From positions 992,001 to 1,056,000 of the forward strand of contig OZ219754.1 in NCBI GenBank assembly GCA_964291295.2: a stretch of 64,000 nt of DNA, read 5' to 3'. How positions within the stretch are numbered: position 1 is the stretch's first letter; each line of letters starts with the position of its first letter. The notes beneath the pieces were generated by a model. That model worked only from the letters and a program-made list of their open reading frames with translations, had not been told where the DNA came from and searched no databases. The translations under genes and the position numbers were made by a program. This document shows, in pieces, positions 55,707-64,000 of this stretch. This DNA is from an uncultured Candidatus Binatia bacterium. Its GTDB lineage: Bacteria > Desulfobacterota > Binatia > UBA9968 > JAJDTQ01.

Positions 55707-57074
55707 ATGTACCAGGCGGACACGATAGCGGCGGTGGCGACGCCTCCAGGGGAGGGGGGCGTGGCGGTGGTGCGGTTGAGCGGGCCGGACGCCCGGCGTA
55801 TCGGCGGAGAGATCCTCACCCGCAAGGACGCCGAGTGGGAATCGCACCGGTTGTACTACGGCAGGGTGTGCGATCCGGACGGCGGGGCGGTGTTGGATGA
55901 GGTGATGTTCGCGTACCTGCGAGAGCCCCGGAGCTATACGGGCGAGGACACGGTGGAGATCCATTGCCACGGCGGCCCCTTCGTGGTCCGGCAGGTGCTG
56001 GGTCTCACCTTGGCGCGCGGCGCGCGGCACGCGGAGCCAGGCGAATTTACCAGGAGAGCATTCTTGAACGGACGGTTGGATTTGGCGCAGGCGGAAGCTG
56101 TGCTGGATCTGATTCGGTCGCGCACCGACAAGGCGGCGGGCGTGGCGCTGGGACAGATGGAGGGCGGCCTGTCCCAGGCCGTGCAGGTGCTGCGGGAACA
56201 ACTGGTGGACACTTTCGTGCAGGTGGAAGCCGCGATAGACTTCCCCGAGGAGGAGATCGAGCTGCTCCGGCGTGACGATCTGTCCCGGGGAATCGTCGGC
56301 ATAATCGATAGTATATCAACGATTCTGGATAGTTATGCTTGGGCCCGGTTGATTCGGGAGGGTGTCCGGGTGTGCATTGTCGGGCGGCCGAACGTCGGCA
56401 AGTCGAGCCTCATGAATGCGTTGTCGGGCGTGGATCGAGCCATTGTCACGGCGACGCCCGGGACCACGCGGGATTTTCTGGAGGAGTCCTTGAATCTTGA
56501 CGGGCTGCCCGTGGTTCTGTGGGACACCGCCGGCATCAGGGAGACGACCGAAGGCGTGGAGCAGTCCGGCATTGATGTGACGCTCAGGAGGCTCGCGGAT
56601 AGCGAGGGCTGCATGTTGGTCCTGGATGGATCGTCGCCGCTCGTTGCGGAAGACCTGGAAGTGATGGAGAAGGCGCGGGACAAGCCCGGTCTCGTGGTCA
56701 TCAACAAGTCGGACCTGCGGTCGAGGATCGATCGGGCGGCCGTTTCGAATCGTCTGCCCGGCTTGCGGCAGGTTGAGGTCTCCGCATTGATCCCCCAAGG
56801 TATCGACGTGTTGAAGGTTGCCCTCCGCCAGTGTTTTCTGGATTCCGTGGAGGAACCGGAGGTGGTGGTGACCAACATTCGCCACAAGGCCGCTCTGGAG
56901 CGGGCGCGGGCAAGCCTGATGGAGGTTCATCATGCCATCAATGACGGGATGCCTGCCGACATTCTGGCGGTGGATCTGCAGGACGCCCGGCACAGCTTGG
57001 AGGAGATCATCGGCACGGTGACCAACGACGAGATTCTCAAGCGTATCTTTTCCCAGTTCTGCATCGGAAAGTAG
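55707..57074 (+). CDS. mnmE: tRNA modification GTPase MnmE
   Basis: DTIAAVATPPG, SYTGED, GEFTRRAFLNGRLDL, GRPNVGKSS, DTAG, NKSD, terminal FCIGK. Confidence 0.97.
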   Translation: MYQADTIAAVATPPGEGGVAVVRLSGPDARRIGGEILTRKDAEWESHRLYYGRVCDPDGGAVLDEVMFAYLREPRSYTGEDTVEIHCHGGPFVVRQVLGLTLARGARHAEPGEFTRRAFLNGRLDLAQAEAVLDLIRSRTDKAAGVALGQMEGGLSQAVQVLREQLVDTFVQVEAAIDFPEEEIELLRRDDLSRGIVGIIDSISTILDSYAWARLIREGVRVCIVGRPNVGKSSLMNALSGVDRAIVTATPGTTRDFLEESLNLDGLPVVLWDTAGIRETTEGVEQSGIDVTLRRLADSEGCMLVLDGSSPLVAEDLEVMEKARDKPGLVVINKSDLRSRIDRAAVSNRLPGLRQVEVSALIPQGIDVLKVALRQCFLDSVEEPEVVVTNIRHKAALERARASLMEVHHAINDGMPADILAVDLQDARHSLEEIIGTVTNDEILKRIFSQFCIGK

Positions 57075-57170
57075 TGAATTCGTTGATAATGCGTTGCGGC
57101 CGCATGCAAATGGCCACATGAGGTCCGTTCGGCAAGCTGGCACAGTGCCGCCCGGCACGTCGGTGAAGGA

Positions 57171-57186
57171 TGTTTCACGTGAAACA
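57171..57186. promoter_or_regulatory. parS site
   Basis: TGTTTCACGTGAAACA, perfect consensus palindrome. Confidence 0.93.
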
Positions 57187-59068
57187 GTCAGTTAAAGGAA
57201 AAGGCGGGAGCTACGATGTCATCGTCGTCGGGGCTGGTCATGCAGGCATCGAGGCGTCCTTGGCGGCAGCCCGCATGGGTCTCGACACCTTGATGTTGAC
57301 CCTGAATCTCGACCATATCGGCCAGATGTCCTGCAATCCGGCCATTGGCGGCATCGGCAAGGGGCATCTGGTCAAGGAGATCGACGCCCTCGGCGGCGAG
57401 ATGGCCCGGGCCATTGATGAGACCGGGATACAGTTTCGCATGCTGAATACCAAGAAGGGGCCGGCCGTCCGGGCTTCGAGGGCCCAAGCTGACAAGGCTC
57501 TCTACCGCCAACGAATGAAGCGCGTGCTGGAGAACTGCGAGAATCTGACTCTGAGGCAGGCCAGCGTCGAGTCTCTCTTGTGCCGTGACGGGCGGGTCAC
57601 GGGGGTCGATTCCCAGATCGGGGAAGTATTCGAGGCAAGAAAGACCATATTGACTACCGGGACGTTTCTGCAGGGTGTCATTCACGTGGGCGAACGCAAC
57701 TATTCCGCAGGCCGGGCCGGGGATTTCGCGGCGCAGGGGCTGAGCGGGTCGCTAATCGCACTGGGCCTGGAACTGGGCCGGTTGAAGACCGGGACGTGTC
57801 CGCGGCTGAACGCCCACACCCTTGATTATTCGAGACTTTCCGTTCAGTACGGCGATGAGAAGCCGATTCCGTTCTCCTTCGCGACGAATCAGATCGAGCA
57901 GCGGCAGATTCCCTGCCACATCACCTACACGAACCCAAGGACCCACGAGATCATCCGCGCGGCCCTTCACCGCTCGCCCATGTACTCCGGGGTCATCAAG
58001 AGCCAGGGGCCACGCTACTGCCCCTCCATTGAGGACAAGGTGGTGCGGTTCGCCGACAAGCAGCGGCACCAGATCTTTCTCGAGCCGGAGGGCCGCGACA
58101 CGGTCGAGGTCTATCCCAACGGTATCTCCACGAGTCTTCCGCTGGACGTTCAGGCCGAAATGGTCCGCAGCATTGAGGGCCTGGAGGAGGCCGAGATCAT
58201 GAGGCCCGGCTATGCCATCGAGTATGACTACGTCGAACCGACTCAACTGAAGCCGACGCTGGAGACCAAGGCCATGGAAGGTCTCTATCTGGCGGGTCAG
58301 ATCAATGGGACCACGGGATACGAAGAGGCTGCGAGTCAGGGTCTCATGGCGGCCATAAATGCCGTCCTGAGCATCCGCGGCGAAGAACCGCTCGTGCTGT
58401 CACGAGATCAGGCGTACATTGGTGTCCTGATCGACGATCTGGTAACCAAGGGAACGGACGGCGAGCCCTACCGGATGTTTACGTCCCGGGCCGAGTACCG
58501 CCTGCTGCTCCGGGAGGACAACGCGGATCTCCGCCTTGCGGACCTGGGCCACCGGATCGGGCTGGCCACGCCGGAGGCGCACGCGCGAACCTCGGGAAAA
58601 CGGGAACGGATCAACGAACTCACCGAAAGACTCGAGACCACACGCATCAAACCGTCACAATCGGTGCAGGCCCGACTCGATGCCTTGAAGACCGCACCCA
58701 TCCGCAACATCTCATCGTTGGCGCAACTGCTTCGCCGGCCCGAGGTAACGTTCGGGGACTTGGCGGTTTTCCGTCCTGATCTGGCGGAGGTGCCGCAGGA
58801 TGTGGCGTTGCAGGCCGAAGTATCCATCAAGTACAGCGGCTACGTCGATCGCCAGGCCCAGGGAGTCAAGCGCTTCCAGAAAATGGAGAACGTATCGCTC
58901 CCCGAAGATCTGGACTACGGGAGGATCGAGGGACTTTCCCGTGAAACAAGGGAAAAGTTGATCCGTGTACGGCCGTGCTCGCTGGGACAGGCCTCCAGGA
59001 TCTCGGGCGTGACGCCTGCGGCCATCTCGGCGCTTTCCCTCTACATCTACAAGATGAACGCCGGCTGA
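57179..59068 (+). CDS. mnmG: tRNA uridine-5-carboxymethylaminomethyl modification enzyme MnmG (GidA)
   Basis: [60 protein letters not shown]; GTG 57179 has GAAGGA RBS (ATG 57170 is the alternative). Confidence 0.97.
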   Translation: MKQSVKGKGGSYDVIVVGAGHAGIEASLAAARMGLDTLMLTLNLDHIGQMSCNPAIGGIGKGHLVKEIDALGGEMARAIDETGIQFRMLNTKKGPAVRASRAQADKALYRQRMKRVLENCENLTLRQASVESLLCRDGRVTGVDSQIGEVFEARKTILTTGTFLQGVIHVGERNYSAGRAGDFAAQGLSGSLIALGLELGRLKTGTCPRLNAHTLDYSRLSVQYGDEKPIPFSFATNQIEQRQIPCHITYTNPRTHEIIRAALHRSPMYSGVIKSQGPRYCPSIEDKVVRFADKQRHQIFLEPEGRDTVEVYPNGISTSLPLDVQAEMVRSIEGLEEAEIMRPGYAIEYDYVEPTQLKPTLETKAMEGLYLAGQINGTTGYEEAASQGLMAAINAVLSIRGEEPLVLSRDQAYIGVLIDDLVTKGTDGEPYRMFTSRAEYRLLLREDNADLRLADLGHRIGLATPEAHARTSGKRERINELTERLETTRIKPSQSVQARLDALKTAPIRNISSLAQLLRRPEVTFGDLAVFRPDLAEVPQDVALQAEVSIKYSGYVDRQAQGVKRFQKMENVSLPEDLDYGRIEGLSRETREKLIRVRPCSLGQASRISGVTPAAISALSLYIYKMNAG

Positions 59069-59115
59069 GTCATGCGAGCCGCGCCGGTCTCACTTCTCTG
59101 ATCGCGCCATGCCCC

Positions 59116-59802
59116 GTGCCTGACTGCAGCCACGCCAGGAACGAGGAATTGCTGGCCGCCGGCGCCAAGGCTCTCGGGCTTGCACTTTCATCGAATCAGG
59201 TCGAAGCGTTCCGCTACTATCGTGAGCTTCTGGCGTTCTGGAACCGGAAATTGAACCTCACCGCGATCCTCGATCCGGAACTCGTGGTGCGCCGCCATTT
59301 CCTGGATTCGCTTGCCGTGGTGCCACTCCTGAGCGGCAATGGGAGACTGCTGGACGTCGGCAGCGGCGCGGGTCTGCCGGGTATCCCGATAAAGCTTGCG
59401 CTTTCCGACAAGCCCGTGTGCCTGCTGGAGCCGCGCCGCAAGCGCGCGAACTTCCTCAGGCAGGTTGCCCGGGAGTTGAATCTCACCGGTGTCCATGTGA
59501 TCGAGAGTCGGATGGAGGAGCTGTCTGCGGAGCCACTGCCGCCGATGACGGAGACCATCACCCGGGGGCTCACCGATATTCGTGGGTTTCTGAAGGCGAG
59601 CGCAGGGGCGTTGGCGGCTGGCGGCCTCGCCATACTCATGCAGGGACCCAAGGGAAAGGCCGTCCTTGAGAAAATGCGCCCCTCCCTTCCTGGCCTTGGG
59701 CTCGTAGCGGGGGAGTGTCTGAACTTCGAGCTTCCCTTCGGGCTGGAGGCGAGGAGCGTGCTGTCGTTTCAGAAGACCGGACAAGCGCGCCTCCGGGGGT
59801 AG
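59116..59802 (+). CDS. rsmG: 16S rRNA m7G527 methyltransferase RsmG (GidB)
   Basis: WNRKLNLTAI, HFLDSL, LDVGSGAGLPGIP, KRANFL; start uncertain. Confidence 0.92.
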   Translation: MPDCSHARNEELLAAGAKALGLALSSNQVEAFRYYRELLAFWNRKLNLTAILDPELVVRRHFLDSLAVVPLLSGNGRLLDVGSGAGLPGIPIKLALSDKPVCLLEPRRKRANFLRQVARELNLTGVHVIESRMEELSAEPLPPMTETITRGLTDIRGFLKASAGALAAGGLAILMQGPKGKAVLEKMRPSLPGLGLVAGECLNFELPFGLEARSVLSFQKTGQARLRG

Positions 59803-59813
59803 TCCGGCGCGGG

Positions 59814-59829
59814 TGTTTCACGTGAAACA
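59814..59829. promoter_or_regulatory. parS site
   Basis: TGTTTCACGTGAAACA upstream of parA. Confidence 0.93.
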
Positions 59830-59908
59830 TGCACTTTCTTTCGCGCATCGGGCATGATAAGAAACAAGGAGTGTGGCAATTCTATAACATATTGAAAATA
59901 AAGGGATA

Positions 59909-60691
59909 TTGGGAAAGATCATCGCCATAGCCAATCAGAAGGGCGGGGTTGGAAAGACCACCACGGCGGTGAATCTCGGTGCTTCACTGGCGGACGCGAT
60001 GAAGCGGACCCTGCTCGTGGACATGGACCCTCAGGCGAACAGCACGACCGGGTTCGGGGTCGACCCGAAGTCTCTCAACAAAAGCATCTACGACGTGATG
60101 CTCGAGAACTGCTTCGTCACCGAGGCCATCTGCGCCACGGAGTTGCCCTCGCTGTTTCTGCTTCCCGCCACCCGCGACCTGGTGAGCGCCGAGCTCCAGA
60201 TGATCGACATGGAAGACCGCACCGGGCGGCTGAGGCAGGCGCTGGAGACCGTCAGGTATCGGTTTGACTACATCCTGCTGGACTGTCCGCCTTCTCTGGG
60301 GCTCCTCACGCTCAATGCCCTTGTGGCGGCAGATTCGTTGCTGGTCCCGCTTCAGTGCGAGTACTATGCCCTCGAAGGCCTCAGTGCGGTTCTCGACACC
60401 ATGAAACGCGTCCGAACCGCGTACAACCAGCGTCTCCGGTTCGAGGGAGTCCTGCTCTGCATGTACGACGGCCGCAGCAACCTCTCGGCCCAAGTGGCGC
60501 AGGACGTCCGCAGCCACTTCCCCGACAGCGTTTTCGAGACCGTCATTCCTCGAAACGTCCGACTGAGTGAGAGCCCCAGCCACGGAAGGCCGGCACTGCT
60601 GTACGATGCCCGTTCGACCGGGGCACAGAGCTACCTGAGCCTCGCCGCCGAACTGATGGGTCGGAAGGAGCGAAGCCATGCAGAAGAATAG
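59909..60691 (+). CDS. parA: Chromosome partitioning ATPase ParA/Soj
   Basis: [50 protein letters not shown]. Confidence 0.96.
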   Translation: MGKIIAIANQKGGVGKTTTAVNLGASLADAMKRTLLVDMDPQANSTTGFGVDPKSLNKSIYDVMLENCFVTEAICATELPSLFLLPATRDLVSAELQMIDMEDRTGRLRQALETVRYRFDYILLDCPPSLGLLTLNALVAADSLLVPLQCEYYALEGLSAVLDTMKRVRTAYNQRLRFEGVLLCMYDGRSNLSAQVAQDVRSHFPDSVFETVIPRNVRLSESPSHGRPALLYDARSTGAQSYLSLAAELMGRKERSHAEE

Positions 60692-61541
60692 ACTGGGACG
60701 GGGTCTGGACGCCCTGCTTCCTCAGGCCGAACCGGTTGTCCACGATCCCCGGCCGGGCACCCCGCCCACCTCGGTTCACCCTTCGTTGATCGTGCCGAAT
60801 CCGAACCAGCCCCGGCGCGCCTTCGACGATGTGAAGATCGAGGAACTAGCCAACTCCATCAAGGCCAGCGGCATGCTTCAGCCTCTGGTTGTCCGTGCCA
60901 CGGCCGCCGGCTATGAACTGATCGCCGGCGAGCGCCGCCTGCGTGCCGCGCGCCTTCTGGGAATGTTAGAAGTCCCTGTAATCGTTCACGAAACAACCGA
61001 TTCGAACTTGCTGCTCCTGGCCCTGATCGAGAACCTCCAGCGGGAGGATCTGAACCCCATCGAAGAAGCCGCGGCCCTGTCCGAACTGCAGGAACAGTTC
61101 AATCTCACCCAGGAGCAGGTGGCGGACAAGGTTGGCAGGAGCCGCTCCGCGGTTGCCAACTCGCTGAGGCTCCTGTCACTGCCCGGGCAGATCAGGGAGC
61201 ATGTGGCCCGAGGTGAACTTGCCGCCGGGCAGGCCCGGGCGCTTCTCGGTCTGGACGACCGTGCGACGCTGGCCTCGGCGGCACGCGAAGTCATGGGCAA
61301 GGGCCTGTCAACCCGTGACACCGAGGGCCTGGTCAAGCGGCTCAACCGTCCCAGGAGCGACAGGTCAAGGGACCGTCTCGACCCGGATCTGTCAAGTCTC
61401 GTCGAAACGTTGCAGCGCCGCCTCGGCACCCGGGTAAGGATCATGCACCGGGCCCGGGACGACAAGGGAAAGCTGGAAATAGAGTACTATTCTCAGGACG
61501 ACCTGGGTCGTATCACCGACATGATGATGGGCAACCGGTAG
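60678..61541 (+). CDS. parB: Chromosome partitioning protein ParB
   Basis: [53 protein letters not shown]. Confidence 0.96.
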   Translation: MQKNRLGRGLDALLPQAEPVVHDPRPGTPPTSVHPSLIVPNPNQPRRAFDDVKIEELANSIKASGMLQPLVVRATAAGYELIAGERRLRAARLLGMLEVPVIVHETTDSNLLLLALIENLQREDLNPIEEAAALSELQEQFNLTQEQVADKVGRSRSAVANSLRLLSLPGQIREHVARGELAAGQARALLGLDDRATLASAAREVMGKGLSTRDTEGLVKRLNRPRSDRSRDRLDPDLSSLVETLQRRLGTRVRIMHRARDDKGKLEIEYYSQDDLGRITDMMMGNR

Positions 61542-61894
61542 ACGCCGCCGCCCGGCGCCGGCGGCCTTTCCCGGGGCTCGCGCGCGGCGAGGGGCAATGC
61601 GGAGCCAGTCCGGTGATCCGGTCCATTTCCGCTGCTCCATCGCCCGGTTGGATCTGTTCGAGGCGACCTTTGCCGCGGGCAGATCCGGTGGTTCCGCGGG
61701 CAGGCCCGGGCGGTCCGTCCGTTCCTGGTGTTTCATTTCCAGCGGTCCATGCGGGACCGGTTTTTACTGTCGACGTGCCGGTTTCGTCCTCGAAATGCCG
61801 CTGTCAAACTCCACGACGGCACAGCAGCGGTCGGTCGCGACAGTTTCCCGCGGCCTCCGACGGCCAATTGTTCCGGCGGCCGGGGCCGCTCTCT

Positions 61895-61923
61895 TTGACA
61901 TGGATGGGTGCGGATGCTATAGA
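61895..61923 (+). promoter_or_regulatory. Sigma70-like promoter for atp operon
   Basis: TTGACA-17 nt-TATAGA with extended -10 TG. Confidence 0.55.
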
Positions 61924-62291
61924 CCTGCGTTGGTCGGCAGTTGAAAGAGGTTCTCCTTTCCTCGAACTGCGAGCAGACTCATCCGGCGCGCCAGCGGGGC
62001 CGCGCTTTCGTGGAACAACCGGGCAGACGGCAACCGGGCGGATTATCGAAGCTTTCCCTTCCGGGAACATTTTTTCGGGAGCGTTCTTTTCGGAACGCGT
62101 CATTGCACGACGGGCTTCGTGACAGCTTTCGTTCGCGACAGCGTTCGTGACGGATTTCGTCGCGCAGACACGGGAAAGGAAACGAGTTTTTTTACAGGCT
62201 GCTGGCGGCATCCTGGTTCACGGCCTCTCCGCCTCTTCTCGAGACAGGGCTCCCCGTCCGAATCCGGCGTCGACGGCACCGAGTGCGAAGC

Positions 62292-62720
62292 ATGATCAGC
62301 GTAGACTTTTCCCTGGTGGTCCAAATCGTCCTGTTCCTGGTCCTCTGGAGCATCCTGCGCCGGGTTCTGTTCGGTCCCGTCGGGCGCCTGATGACCGAAC
62401 GGGACCGTCGCACCGAGGGTGCCCACGCCGAGGCCCGCTCCATGGTTCAGGAAGGAAAGGAATTGCAGGAGCGATACGACGCCGCCATCGACAAGGCGCG
62501 CGCCGAAGGGGAAGCGGTCAAGAGTCAGATCCGGGAGGAGGCGCTCAAGGCCCGCAACGTCATCCTGTCCCAGGGGCGCGACGCCGCCACCCGGAAGGTG
62601 CAGGAGGTCCGGGACGAGGTCCGCAAGGAACTTGAGGCGGCACGTCAGGTCGCCTCGGTCAACGCTGACGCGCTGGCGCGGCAGATGGCGGAAAAGGTTC
62701 TGGGCCGGACGCTGACATGA
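62292..62720 (+). CDS. ATP synthase F0 subunit b'
   Basis: MISVDFSLVVQIVLFLVLWSILRRVLFGP + coiled coil + KVLGR; position before atpF/atpH. Confidence 0.88.
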   Translation: MISVDFSLVVQIVLFLVLWSILRRVLFGPVGRLMTERDRRTEGAHAEARSMVQEGKELQERYDAAIDKARAEGEAVKSQIREEALKARNVILSQGRDAATRKVQEVRDEVRKELEAARQVASVNADALARQMAEKVLGRTLT

Positions 62721-63259
62721 CCCGATTGAGCGACATCCTGGTATCCGCGGCATGGGCCGCAACAGGGGCCGAGGCCCACACTCCGTCCATTACGGAACTG
62801 CTGTTCCCGCTGATCAACTTCCTGATCTTCGCGTATCTGGTCAAGCGCTACGGCCTTCCGCTGATCCGACAGCACCTGAAGCAGCGCCGCGAAAGACTCG
62901 TCGAGGCGGTGACCACGGCCTCCCGGGCCAAGGGCGAGGCCGAAAAGTATGTTCGCAAGTACCAGGAATCCTTGGAGGTTCTCGAGAGCCAGTGCGAGCG
63001 GATTCGGGAGGCGCTGAGGGCCGAGGGCGAGCGCGAGCGTTCCCGGATCATGGCCGAGGCGGAGGAAACCGCGGCCAAGCTGAAGGCCGACGCGGACTTT
63101 CTGGCGGATCAGGAGATCAAGATGGCGCGCCAACAGGTTCGCGCCGAGATGGCGCTGCTGGCCGAGGCCGCCGCAGAACGGGTGATTCGGCAGCACATGG
63201 CGGCTGCCGACCAGGACCGCATGGTCGATAGCTTCGCGCGGCAGATACGGGAACTCTGA
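62717..63259 (+). CDS. atpF: ATP synthase F0 subunit b
   Basis: INFLIFAYLVKRYG TM, then charged helix; ATGA coupling. Confidence 0.88.
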   Translation: MTRLSDILVSAAWAATGAEAHTPSITELLFPLINFLIFAYLVKRYGLPLIRQHLKQRRERLVEAVTTASRAKGEAEKYVRKYQESLEVLESQCERIREALRAEGERERSRIMAEAEETAAKLKADADFLADQEIKMARQQVRAEMALLAEAAAERVIRQHMAAADQDRMVDSFARQIREL

Positions 63260-63274
63260 CGGAATTCGCAGCCG

Positions 63275-63811
63275 ATGATCGAAGGAAAGCTGAGCCGCCG
63301 TTACGCAAAGGCCGTTTTCGGGCTCGCCGCCGGCCGGCAGGAGGCCATCGGAGCCGAGCTCGACGGTTTTCTCGAAGCCTTCGAGAACCCCAGCCTCAGG
63401 AAGGTACTGGGAAACCCGGCGTTCCACCAGGAGCGTCGCAAGGATATCGTGGTGGATGTGGCCGCGCGGCTCGGTCTCTCGGAGTTGACCACCCACTTTT
63501 TCTCGCTGCTGGTGACCCGGGACCGCCTGGACGGATTGTCTTCCATCGTGCGCCAATACCATCGCCTTCTGGACGATTCGGCGGGCCGGGTGAACGCCAG
63601 GGTGGTGGTGGCCCAACCCTTGGGCGACGAACGGCGGGACAGCTTGGCCGCGGTGGTTGGCGAGAGGACCGGCAAGACCGCCGTTCTCACGGAAGAAGTG
63701 GATCCGGCCATCATCGGCGGCATCATCGTCGAGGTCGGCGGCAAGGTCTACGACGGGAGCGTGCGCACCCGTCTTCAGAACCTCAGGAAGAACATCGAAC
63801 GGACACTCTAG
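63275..63811 (+). CDS. atpH: ATP synthase F1 subunit delta
   Basis: SRRYAKAVF, VDPAIIGGIIVEVGGKVYDGSVRTRL. Confidence 0.95.
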   Translation: MIEGKLSRRYAKAVFGLAAGRQEAIGAELDGFLEAFENPSLRKVLGNPAFHQERRKDIVVDVAARLGLSELTTHFFSLLVTRDRLDGLSSIVRQYHRLLDDSAGRVNARVVVAQPLGDERRDSLAAVVGERTGKTAVLTEEVDPAIIGGIIVEVGGKVYDGSVRTRLQNLRKNIERTL

Positions 63812-63862
63812 CGGAGCGATGGCGGGCGCGGTCCCGCCCGTGAAGTCCAAGGGAGCGACGCC

Positions 63863-64000
63863 ATGGAGATCGGCACTGCCGAGATAACCCGCATCATCAG
63901 GAAGCAGATCGAAGACTACGACAAGGGCGTGACCGTCGAGGAGATCGGCACCGTCCTGTCCACCGGCGATGGTATCGCCCGGGTCTACGGGCTGGACAAC
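63863..64000 (+). CDS. atpA: ATP synthase F1 subunit alpha (partial, runs off right edge)
   Basis: [19 protein letters not shown]...[20 protein letters not shown]. Confidence 0.93.
   Translation, partial: MEIGTAEITRIIRKQIEDYDKGVTVEEIGTVLSTGDGIARVYGLDN

Noticed and set aside
62005-62017. Third parS site (CGTGGAACA)
   Set aside because: Only a half-site; the left arm does not match.

Overview
High-GC bacterial chromosomal window close to the replication origin. The right end has mnmE-mnmG-rsmG-parA-parB with two perfect parS sites, then atpF'-atpF-atpH-atpA; this order suggests a Deltaproteobacteria/Binatia-like host (inference). Housekeeping and catabolic genes (xanthine dehydrogenase-family molybdoenzyme, TAXI-TRAP, two LLM oxidoreductases, PLP enzyme, M24 peptidase, cupin, plsY, thiD, mltG, ABC pair, YyaL, DAHP synthase) alternate with defence-type loci. 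(1) A coupled pair of STAND-like ATPases runs off the left edge. (2) A restriction-like SNF2-helicase/DUF1156-methylase/DUF499-ATPase operon carries a nested small membrane protein + ThsB-like TIR pair and a DUF433/DUF5615 TA pair; its methylase is frameshifted at a G13 tract, and an AlbA_2 gene and a 22x10-bp repeat follow. (3) A Fic gene is bracketed by similar palindromes. (4) A XamI-family type II RM pair. (5) A type III-B cmr1-6 operon with an HD-less Cas10 and no array, cas6 or cas1/2 in the window is followed by MNT-HEPN and a TIGR02710 CARF effector broken by a 4-bp duplication. The best candidate for an undescribed system is the TM+TIR module nested in the possibly phase-variable restriction-like operon. 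All family calls are from motif recognition by eye; no searches were run.
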